Part shown: piece by piece, positions 9,243 to 16,278 of the stretch | Position numbering within the stretch: position 1 is the first letter of the stretch | Layout of the letters: each line of letters opens with the position of its first letter | Assembly (NCBI GenBank): GCA_046075565.1 | Contig: JBJTQJ010000043.1 | Coordinates: 1 to 55,034, forward strand | DNA: 55,034 nt | Source of the DNA: Verrucomicrobiales bacterium | GTDB taxonomy: Bacteria > Verrucomicrobiota > Verrucomicrobiia > Verrucomicrobiales > SLCJ01 | Direction of reading: 5' to 3' | Made by a program: the position numbers and the translations under genes | Notes under the pieces: generated by a model | What the model saw: only the letters and a program-made list of their open reading frames with translations | Database searches by the model: none | Told to the model about the DNA's origin: nothing

Positions 9243-11816
9243 ATGTCCGCCTCCCAATCCATCCCCGCCGGTCTTACCCTGCTCGGCCCGCTAGGCCACG
9301 GCAGTTGTGGGGAGTCGTGCCTCGCCCGCGACGCGAATGGAAACCTCAGGGTGGTCAAATTTTTCAAGGCGATGGGCATCAACCGCCGGTTGCTCATGGG
9401 CGCCCACGCCCGCCTCGCCGAATCCGAGGGCCATCCAGGGGTTGCGAGGGTGCTGGCCAGTGATTTCGACGCCCGCCCGGCGTGGGTTTTGCTCGACTTT
9501 TATGGCGAGCATGGCGCTCGTGGCGCCGTGCCCTGCAATCTGGAAACCTGGCTCGGCCAGCTCCCGCCGCCCGACCTGGCCTGGAAAATCATCCGGCAGC
9601 TCGCCGAGGCCCTCGCTTTCCTCCATCGCATCGGCGTCGCCCATGCCAACCTCCAACCCCGCAACATTCTCATCACCGACCCCGAGCGGGGCGCCATCGC
9701 GCTTACGGATTTCTCCCAAGGATGGGTGGACGGCGTCTATCACTTCGAGGGCACCGAAGCCCTGCTCTACGCCAGCCCCGAACAATTGCGCGAACCGGAA
9801 GGCATTGAGCAGGGCGTCTGGGGTGGCTGGGACGTCTTCGCCTTCGGTTCCCTCGCATTCCGATTGCTGACCGGACGCTTCCCCCGAGCCGATTCTGAAC
9901 GCCGCCAGTTGGAAATCCGCCGCGCCGCCGGTGATGCCATCTCGCCCGCCGCCTTGCACGGGCTTTTCCCCGGCAGCGAAGCCCCCGAATGGGGAGACTA
10001 TCCCGCCGCCGGTTGGGAGGAAAACGCCCGCCGCCACATTCTCGAAACCTGCCTCGCCCTTGACCCGGAAGTCCGCCCCAAGGACATGCGTGAGGTGCTT
10101 GCCGAATTCGACCGCGTCGATGAGGAACGTGGACTGCGCGACGAACGCGAGCGCGTCCGTTCTCTCCGCCTCCGCGAAGTACGTTCCCTCCGCAAAACCC
10201 GCGCCATCGCCATCGCCCTCGGGGTCGGCTGCGCGCTTGCCACCCTCGTCGCCTTCATTTACTCGAACCAATACCGCCTCGCCAGCCGTGAGGTCGACGA
10301 CCTCAAGACCCGCCTTGGCAGCGCCCTCGCCGAAAAGGAAGACGAAATCCGCGTGCGCGAGGCCGAAGCCCGCCGACGTGAAGAGGTCGCCCGCGCCCAG
10401 GCCGCCGGGGCCGTGCGCGAAACCACCGCCATCAAGGAAAATCTCATCCGCTCCCAGGAACAAGCCGATGCCCTCTTCGCGGTTGTGAAAGACCGCAAGC
10501 CCCCCAGCCACCCCGGCTTCAAGGACATCTCGCAGACCGCCACCGAACTCCGCGACTTTTACCAGGACTTCCTCGCCACCACGCCGAAGGATGCTTCCAT
10601 GGACCTGCCCCGTGCCCGCGCCATGGGGAACCTCGCCGAACTCGCCCTCACCGCCGAAGATCGACCCGCCGCCATCCGCTGGCAGACCGACGCCGTCAAG
10701 TTGTGGGAAAAACTCTCCGAACGCGACCTGCGCGACCCCGAACTCCGCTCCCGTCTCGGCTACGCCCTCCTCTTCCTCGCCCAGGCCGATTTTCAGGAAG
10801 GAAAAATCGCCTCCTCCTCTGCGGCCGTGGGGCGTGCCCGCGGGTTGTTCGAGACCCTCGCCAAGGAAAAACCCGGCGACACCGACATCCTCCGTAACCT
10901 CGCCGCCTGTTATCTCCAGCAAGGTCGCATCGAACGCCAGCAAGGCCGCACCGACACCGCCCTCAGTCTCTACAGCGCCGCCAACCAGCAACTCCGACGC
11001 CTCACCGAAAGCACCGGGCGCTTCGACTTCCGCTCGGAGCTCGCCGCCGGTTATGTCGAAATGGGCGAACTCGCCCGCGGCACCAACGACCTCGAGCACG
11101 CTGCCAATGTCCAGCGCGCCGCCCTCGCGCAACTCGTCTCCATGGTCGAGGAAAAACCCGAAATGCTCCTCCCCAAACTCGACCTCGCCCGCGCTTATGG
11201 CGAACTCGGCGAAATCGAATGCGAGGCCGGCAATCCCGACAAAGGCCAGGACCAGTTGAACAAATCCATTGCCATCCTCGAGGAATTGCTCGCCCAGCAA
11301 CCCGGCTCCGAGGAAGTGCTCTTCCAGATGGCGAAAAGATACAGCTCGCTCGCCCGTGCCCACCGCGACCAAGGCCGCCGCGTCGAGGCGGAGAAACTCG
11401 TCGACACCGCCAATGCTTACCTGAAGCGTCTCGCCGAAGCCCACCCCGAGAACTCCTACTACGTTTACAACCGCGCCCTCTCGCTCTGGCAAAAAGCCGA
11501 ACTTCACTCCGACCTCAAACAACTCGACGAAGCCATCGGCGTGATGCGCGAATCGATGAACATCCTCTCCGAACTCTCCGCCCGCCAGGACCTCGATGGC
11601 AGCCAGAGAAAACAAGTCCACATCAGCATGGCTTACCTCACCGGTGACCTCGGCCACCGCTTGGAAGAAGCGCGCCGCCGCGAGGATGCCCTCGCCGCCT
11701 TCCAGACCGCGCTCAAACGCTGGCAAGATGTCGCCGCGACCTACGGACAAGATGAAATCACCGCCGACGCCGTCACTTGGTGCACACGCCGCGTCGAGGA
11801 GTTGAGGTATCCGTAG
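9243..11816 (+). CDS. Ser/Thr kinase-fold protein (probable pseudokinase) with TM, coiled coil and TPR repeats
   Basis: GHGSCG loop, HANLQPRNIL, DFS, YASPEQ, DVFAFG; hydrophobic segment IAIALGVGCALATLVAFIY; TPR-like helices to the C-terminus. Confidence 0.85.
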   Translation: MSASQSIPAGLTLLGPLGHGSCGESCLARDANGNLRVVKFFKAMGINRRLLMGAHARLAESEGHPGVARVLASDFDARPAWVLLDFYGEHGARGAVPCNLETWLGQLPPPDLAWKIIRQLAEALAFLHRIGVAHANLQPRNILITDPERGAIALTDFSQGWVDGVYHFEGTEALLYASPEQLREPEGIEQGVWGGWDVFAFGSLAFRLLTGRFPRADSERRQLEIRRAAGDAISPAALHGLFPGSEAPEWGDYPAAGWEENARRHILETCLALDPEVRPKDMREVLAEFDRVDEERGLRDERERVRSLRLREVRSLRKTRAIAIALGVGCALATLVAFIYSNQYRLASREVDDLKTRLGSALAEKEDEIRVREAEARRREEVARAQAAGAVRETTAIKENLIRSQEQADALFAVVKDRKPPSHPGFKDISQTATELRDFYQDFLATTPKDASMDLPRARAMGNLAELALTAEDRPAAIRWQTDAVKLWEKLSERDLRDPELRSRLGYALLFLAQADFQEGKIASSSAAVGRARGLFETLAKEKPGDTDILRNLAACYLQQGRIERQQGRTDTALSLYSAANQQLRRLTESTGRFDFRSELAAGYVEMGELARGTNDLEHAANVQRAALAQLVSMVEEKPEMLLPKLDLARAYGELGEIECEAGNPDKGQDQLNKSIAILEELLAQQPGSEEVLFQMAKRYSSLARAHRDQGRRVEAEKLVDTANAYLKRLAEAHPENSYYVYNRALSLWQKAELHSDLKQLDEAIGVMRESMNILSELSARQDLDGSQRKQVHISMAYLTGDLGHRLEEARRREDALAAFQTALKRWQDVAATYGQDEITADAVTWCTRRVEELRYP

Positions 11817-11817
11817 A

Positions 11818-11851
11818 GAGACACAAGACGGCAAGACATAAGACACAAGAC
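11818..11851. repeat. Short imperfect heptamer tandem repeat (AAGACAC-like)
   Basis: gagacac aagacggc aagacat aagacac aagac immediately after the kinase stop codon. Confidence 0.55.
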
Positions 11852-11890
11852 TTGAGGCCGGGATCGCCGACGCTTGCCCGCCGACGCCTG

Positions 11891-11951
11891 CTGGGAACGC
11901 CGACAGCCCGCCCGCCGGAGCCCCCTGGGAACGCCGACGTCCCCGTCGGCA
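11891..11951 (+). repeat. REP-like CTGGGAACGCCGAC copies with hairpin
   Basis: CTGGGAACGCCGAC occurs twice; the second continues as palindrome GCCGACG-tccc-CGTCGGC. Confidence 0.55.
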
Positions 11952-11979
11952 GTATCTGTCCTATCACCTCCGAACTCCC

Positions 11980-12462
11980 TCAAGGCTCCGTTTGTTGCCC
12001 GGCCTTGGCCTTTTGGATGTCTTTCGCCATGGATTCAATATCGGCAATCAGGCCTCCGCAAAAGCCAAACTTCAGCGGCCCCCAATGGGTCCTGCTATTG
12101 AGATTCGTGCCAGTGTTTGGATCGATGAAGTGAATGGACTGGAGGATGACCGGGCGCAAAGCGGTTTTATCCACGGTAAAACTTTTCGCGACAGGCATCC
12201 ACGACTGTTCATCTCCGTAGTAAATCAGAAACAGGCCCTTCTCCATGAAGAAAGGAAAGCATGTCAATCTCGACCGGATCAATGACTTGGCGGCTTTGCT
12301 TCCAAAGTCGCCCGGCGGCACATCTCGGAAAGGCATCGTCATCGAAACATATGCGCCCTTTTTGAATACGAGATAGCCATTTGGCATGTTTGCCGACAAG
12401 TCCGAACGATAGTGCTTGGGCAAGACCGAGCTTCGCAAGCGTTGCAGCAGTTCCAGGCTCAT
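11980..12462 (-). CDS. Hypothetical protein, last cassette
   Basis: 160 aa ORF starting 5 nt downstream of the attC R' box; no recognised family. Confidence 0.75.
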   Translation of the reverse strand: MSLELLQRLRSSVLPKHYRSDLSANMPNGYLVFKKGAYVSMTMPFRDVPPGDFGSKAAKSLIRSRLTCFPFFMEKGLFLIYYGDEQSWMPVAKSFTVDKTALRPVILQSIHFIDPNTGTNLNSRTHWGPLKFGFCGGLIADIESMAKDIQKAKAGQQTEP

Positions 12463-12467
12463 GTTGA

Positions 12468-12555
12468 AATCAACGCAGAGGGGTGGCTCCGCTGCGGCAA
12501 GGGCTGAATTCGGCTAGGGGCGCTATCCCGGGTTGCCACTCACGTCTGGTTCGCC
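12468..12555 (-). other. attC-like recombination site (88 bp)
   Basis: Minus strand: R'' GGCGAAC, 5 bp CAGAC, L'' GTGAGTGG ... L' CCACCCC, TCTGC, R' GTTGATT. Confidence 0.75.
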
Positions 12556-12665
12556 CTTCTCCGGTTTCGTTGAGAGGCTCCTGGCTGTAACAGTTCGGAT
12601 GGAGCCATCATTCGTCTTGCCCAGCAAACCCTTCGCACACAGGCTACGGGGAACTGGATTTGCAA

Positions 12666-13688
12666 TTACGGTGGATCCTGCAAATCGGTTCGCACGTTGC
12701 TTTCGATAGGATCGCTGGGCCTTGCGGGTTTCGTGCTGGCAACCAACTGACTCACCCATTTTCGGAGGCTCGTCCGGGTGGCTGTGTCGCGCTGAATCCA
12801 CTCACCGTCATGATTGACCCAGGGGAAAGTGTCAAAAGTGACCTTGGCATCGGGATGGTTCTGTGTGATGAAGTCCCGGATTCCTTCCTGTTCAAGAATC
12901 GACTTCAGGTTGAGCTCGCGTGTGGCGGAATCGATGTCGGTGAAGCCTCGTTCCCGGACCAGTGCCAGCAGTCGCTGATCGTTGTGCTTCTCGGCCAATT
13001 GCATTTCGCCGCAGACATATTGTGGAGTCGTGACGAGACGCCGCAAACGTTCGACGCGAAGGGACTGTTCAACTTCGGGTTGCTTCCAGGCGCGGTTGTC
13101 ATAATGGCTTACGGGGATCATTCCAAGCCAGAGCTTGGCGATAGCATCATTACGCAGGCCGATGTAGTTGCAGGCGATCGCGCCGCGAGAATAGCCGGTG
13201 AGAATGACGGCTTTGGGATTTCCTCCCCATTGAGTGCAGATGGACTCGATGGCCTTCATTGCGTAGTCGGCGGTGCGATCCGCATCACCCCACCACCAGT
13301 CCATATCCTCTTGGCGGTCTTCACTGACGAACGGAAGAGTAACCCATATGAATTCTTTGCCACCGCTGATCCCGTAGCCCTGCACGGCCTTGCCGCCGGC
13401 CACCGTTCCGCCATTGCCGGTGAACTCGGCTATGACAGGGTAAGTATTTCCTTTTTTCCAATCGGTCGGCAGATAAAGCGCGTGCCGAACCGCGGACATC
13501 TGGTATTCAGGCAGTGCTTGAAGAACGCGTTTTCCCGGCGCTGGATCACCCGATATCACCTGTGGCATGACGAGGTCCGCCGGGATGCTCATCACGTCCG
13601 GCGGCGACCCGCTCGCCGATTTTGTGAGAACCAAGACCGCGCAGGAGAAAAGAAGGTAAATCGTTCCTTTAAGGGCGGCAGTGTTCAT
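12666..13688 (-). CDS. Secreted alpha/beta-hydrolase-fold protein (cassette)
   Basis: Signal peptide, YLPTDW..YPVI, GYSRGA nucleophile elbow. Confidence 0.75.
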   Translation of the reverse strand: MNTAALKGTIYLLFSCAVLVLTKSASGSPPDVMSIPADLVMPQVISGDPAPGKRVLQALPEYQMSAVRHALYLPTDWKKGNTYPVIAEFTGNGGTVAGGKAVQGYGISGGKEFIWVTLPFVSEDRQEDMDWWWGDADRTADYAMKAIESICTQWGGNPKAVILTGYSRGAIACNYIGLRNDAIAKLWLGMIPVSHYDNRAWKQPEVEQSLRVERLRRLVTTPQYVCGEMQLAEKHNDQRLLALVRERGFTDIDSATRELNLKSILEQEGIRDFITQNHPDAKVTFDTFPWVNHDGEWIQRDTATRTSLRKWVSQLVASTKPARPSDPIESNVRTDLQDPP

Positions 13689-13698
13689 GGTCTATTTC

Positions 13699-13758
13699 GG
13701 CGAAAGTATAATGGTGGTTCCGGCGCAGCAAGGGCTGAATTCGGTTAGGGGCGCTATC
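13699..13758 (-). other. Truncated attC-like site (3' half only)
   Basis: 13728-13758 matches 12497-12527 at 30/31 nt; R' reads TTTCGCC instead of GTTCGCC; the left half is replaced by unrelated sequence. Confidence 0.7.
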
Positions 13759-14016
13759 GCCAGTGGCCTTTTCAACGCAGCATCTTGATAGGCCGGGGGG
13801 CTCCGGTCGCCGGGGAAAAGGTGCCGCCGGAATCCATCCTCGGGGAGTAGCGGCGGAAGCCGACCGACCAGAGCCCCGCAAGCTCCTTGCGGGCCACCGC
13901 ATTCGGCGGCGTGAATGTCGGATGACCCATGGGTTTGGAAACCGAGTTACCACGGGCCAGGACATCAAACCCCGAGCTGAGGAGTTCCTGAGAAAGCCAG
14001 CGAAGGGAAAATGTGT

Positions 14017-14109
14017 GGAGTGCGGCGGCAACCCCGACCACGTCGGGGGCGACGCCGCTTTGGCGAGGGAGGCTCCACCCCGAAAGCGCCGTCACAGCCG
14101 GCGCACTCC
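14017..14109. repeat. REP doublet (REPIN-like) inside the cassette array
   Basis: GGAGTGCGGCGGC...GCCGGCGCACTCC outer arms and GACGCCGCTTT...AAAGCGCCGTC inner arms. Confidence 0.65.
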
Positions 14110-14217
14110 GAGACTGCCGCTGCCCTTCCGCTTCTGGAGATGTTCCAAGACATCCCAACACTCAAAGCTCCGCCCGCACTGCCTCGAATAGATGCCACTC
14201 CGCCTTCAAATTTCTGA

Positions 14218-14310
14218 GCCTATTGTCTCGGATCAGGCGACGGCGAGCGCAAGACGTTGCGGACACGAAATACAGCATTCGAGCCGTTGCATGCATCCGC
14301 TTTGTTAGAC
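14218..14310 (-). other. attC-like site (93 bp) with mutated R'
   Basis: R'' GTCTAAC (contains the ORF stop TAA), AAAGC, L'' GGATGCAT, ACGGC..GCCGT stem, L' CTGATCC, GAGAC, R' AATAGGC where GTTRRRY is expected. Confidence 0.8.
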
Positions 14311-14780
14311 GTTCCCGGTCGCATTGGAGAGGCGGGTAAAAGTGTCGGCGAGTTGCTGGTATTGCTCACGCAGGCCGATGTAAATCTCGGGGTCGGCGTC
14401 GTAACGGTCGAACTGCTCGACGACTGTTCCGCAAAAGTCGGCAAGGAGGCTCGCACATGGAATCAACTCGCCTGGGTGTTGTTCGTGCCACAGGGCTATT
14501 GTGCCGGCAAGGCCGTTGATAAAGTCGCACTCTCCGTTGGCGCTCTCCGTGAGAGCAAAGCGGATGGCCGCGCGATGTAGAATCGGAAACCAACGGGCTC
14601 CATCCACGCCAGGTCTTCGATGTAGGCGAGCGGGATGTAAGCTCGTGCGCTGTAGGCGAAAAGTTCCACCGCCTGCGCAAGCGTTTTGCCGTGGAAGTGT
14701 TTGACGGCGTAGCTGCCATGAATGCTGTCGGAGGCAATCTCACCGCGAGTAGGGAGGCGCTCTGTGCTGTCAGTGGTCAT
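14305..14780 (-). pseudogene. Frameshifted cassette gene (hypothetical protein)
   Basis: N-half in ORF 14496-14780 (..EDLAWMEPVGFRFYI) and C-half in ORF 14305-14607 (AAIRFALTES..) join near 14575 and fill one cassette. Confidence 0.7.
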
Positions 14781-15358
14781 GCTGTGACATTCAATTTCAC
14801 GAGAAGCGAGGAAACGTCTAACGTCGAGGCCGGGCGGCCGCTACCGCGAGGGCGCTTTAGCTTCAGACAAGGTTTGTCTCCGCCTTCCGGCTTCGCCTCG
14901 GGGCGGGTAGCCGGCGCTGCTGGCGCGGCTTGTTCGGCGTTCTTCTGCCGTTGCAGGGTGACCTTGCCCACGGCGTGTTTGGTGCCATCCGGATCGAGAT
15001 AGACGATGGAATATTCTCCGTCCGGGTAGGCAGCAAGATCAATGGGTTTGGGCGAGGTCGAAACTCCCTTGCCAATCAGGCAGGTTACCAAGGTCAGACT
15101 GATCGTGTTCCCGTCTCGCTTGTGCTTGAGGCTGCGGACACCCAAGGCCGAATTGATAATGGTCGGCTCGACAGTCACTTTCTTTAATCCTGAAACGTTG
15201 CACTCGACGTGAAGCGAGGTGTTTTTTATCGAGGCCTTCATGCCGCCCACGGATTGGACGAAGTTCCAGTCGCGTTTATCATGGGTAAGGAACCCGGTGA
15301 CATCCGAAAATACGAAGGTAGCGGATAGCAAAAAAATCAGAGGGGTAAGGAATTTCAT
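14777..15358 (-). CDS. Secreted hypothetical protein (cassette) reading through its attC
   Basis: Signal peptide MKFLTPLIFLLSATFVFS; C-terminal AEQAAPAAPATRPEAKPEGGDKP.. is encoded by the attC. Confidence 0.75.
   Translation of the reverse strand: MKFLTPLIFLLSATFVFSDVTGFLTHDKRDWNFVQSVGGMKASIKNTSLHVECNVSGLKKVTVEPTIINSALGVRSLKHKRDGNTISLTLVTCLIGKGVSTSPKPIDLAAYPDGEYSIVYLDPDGTKHAVGKVTLQRQKNAEQAAPAAPATRPEAKPEGGDKPCLKLKRPRGSGRPASTLDVSSLLVKLNVTA
14816..14938 (-). other. attC-like site (123 bp)
   Basis: R'' GCCGAAC, GCTACC..GGTAGC stem, ending GGCCTCGAC and canonical R' GTTAGAC, which complements the next cassette's R'' GTCTAAC. Confidence 0.8.
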
Positions 15359-15386
15359 GATTGTGTTGGTTTGTTGATACTTGAAT

Positions 15387-15513
15387 GGTGATAGTCGAGG
15401 CCTTGCAGTCTGCTGTTCGGGGGTGCTAGTTCGATTCAGCTTGTGGTTTGTCATTGCCCTCCCGCTTCGACGCAGGGAGGGGGGGTCGGTTGCCCAGTGC
15501 CGGTTGGCTCTGC
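15387..15513 (-). other. Strongly degenerate attC-like site, same family as 14816-14938
   Basis: Shares CGAAG, GACAAACC, CTGAA and GGCCTCGAC landmarks at equivalent spacing; R'' GCAGAGC and R' TATCACC have both lost their cores. Confidence 0.65.
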
Positions 15514-16023
15514 GTCCCTCTGATTCGTAGATGGCGTTTTCTTCGAGTCTTCTGCCGCCAACTCCATGATTCGGCTTAATGACAGGGTGTATCCACCAAA
15601 ACCAGGGTTTCCAAATTCGCGTTTCAGCCCCTCGGAAAGGAGCTTCGGAACGAGTATCTTCAATTCCGATTTTTTGATGTTTTCATTTCCAACGGCAAAG
15701 AGAATCTTCATCTTGTCACCGTCTCCCGGTTTACGCTCGACGCGATGTGCCGAGACGGTTTGGTGATTGTCCGTGAGCACATGCAGCGTCATGATGACAT
15801 TCTGGTCTTTACCCACCTTCGAAGCATCAAAGGTGATCTCCAACCAGTTCAATGCCGGATCTTCGCCGATCTGATCATGCTTCCATGTCGTGATGGTTAT
15901 ACCTGCCTCCTTCAATCGGGCTCTATCCCATCCATCAATGTTCCATATGGCACTGTATCCGAATGCTGATTGCAGGGAGCAGAACATCAACAGCAGGAAG
16001 ATCGCAATTGCTTGGGTTTTCAT
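15451..16023 (-). CDS. Secreted hypothetical protein, first cassette
   Basis: Signal peptide MKTQAIAIFLLLMFCSLQSAFG; tail AEPTGTGQPTPPP.. is encoded by the degenerate attC. Confidence 0.75.
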   Translation of the reverse strand: MKTQAIAIFLLLMFCSLQSAFGYSAIWNIDGWDRARLKEAGITITTWKHDQIGEDPALNWLEITFDASKVGKDQNVIMTLHVLTDNHQTVSAHRVERKPGDGDKMKILFAVGNENIKKSELKILVPKLLSEGLKREFGNPGFGGYTLSLSRIMELAAEDSKKTPSTNQRDAEPTGTGQPTPPPCVEAGGQ

Positions 16024-16196
16024 CTGGAGGTTCTCTTTTCGGGTTATGGGAAGAATGCTCTGCATGTCCAATATGACACGGCGGCGGGGGGATTCTTAAA
16101 ATTTTTGCAGGAACGTGGAGGCCTTGCACCCGCCGCCGGGGGTGGTCAAGGACTTCAGGGAATCGGAAATATTCAATCGGCAATGAACCCGCACCA

Positions 16197-16217
16197 CGGG
16201 CTAAAGCCCGAACTCCA
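16197..16217 (-). repeat. Single REP-like palindrome
   Basis: TGGAGTT-CGGGCT-TT-AGCCCG on the minus strand. Confidence 0.5.
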
Positions 16218-16278
16218 ACGGGGAGAGGTTCCTATTCCGTCGCCGCGCTGTTTGGCTTTATTTCGGCAGCTCTCTCGT

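Larger units (their letters stand above)
11980..16023 (-). mobile_element. Integron gene-cassette array with no integrase in the window (CALIN), partly decayed
   Basis: Five co-oriented orphan ORFs with lower GC than the flanks, separated by attC-like sites; cassette ends are complementary (GTTAGAC/GTCTAAC and (T)TTCGCC/GGCGAAC); no tyrosine recombinase ORF in the window. Confidence 0.8.

Noticed and set aside
9291-11846. 851 aa minus-strand ORF; similar long antisense ORFs at 18215-19834, 22767-24161, 38052-39281, 40157-41425 and 47944-49221
   Set aside because: Antisense shadows of clearly identified genes, expected with high-GC codon bias; no motifs of their own
12497-13758. 31 bp near-identical repeat pair considered as a CRISPR repeat
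   Set aside because: Only two copies, 1.2 kb apart with a gene between and no cas genes; better explained as attC sites
13761-13790. GGCCTTTTCAACGCAG resembling an IS terminal repeat
   Set aside because: No matching second end, target duplication or transposase in the window
13772-14198. Short ORFs 13772-14161, 13669-14031 and 13965-14198
   Set aside because: They overlap palindromic repeats, have atypical composition and show no recognisable motifs
16024-16278. attI site or integron-integrase remnant upstream of the first cassette
   Set aside because: No tyrosine-recombinase coding remnant or clear attI was seen; only a weak promoter-like TGtCATATT and one REP
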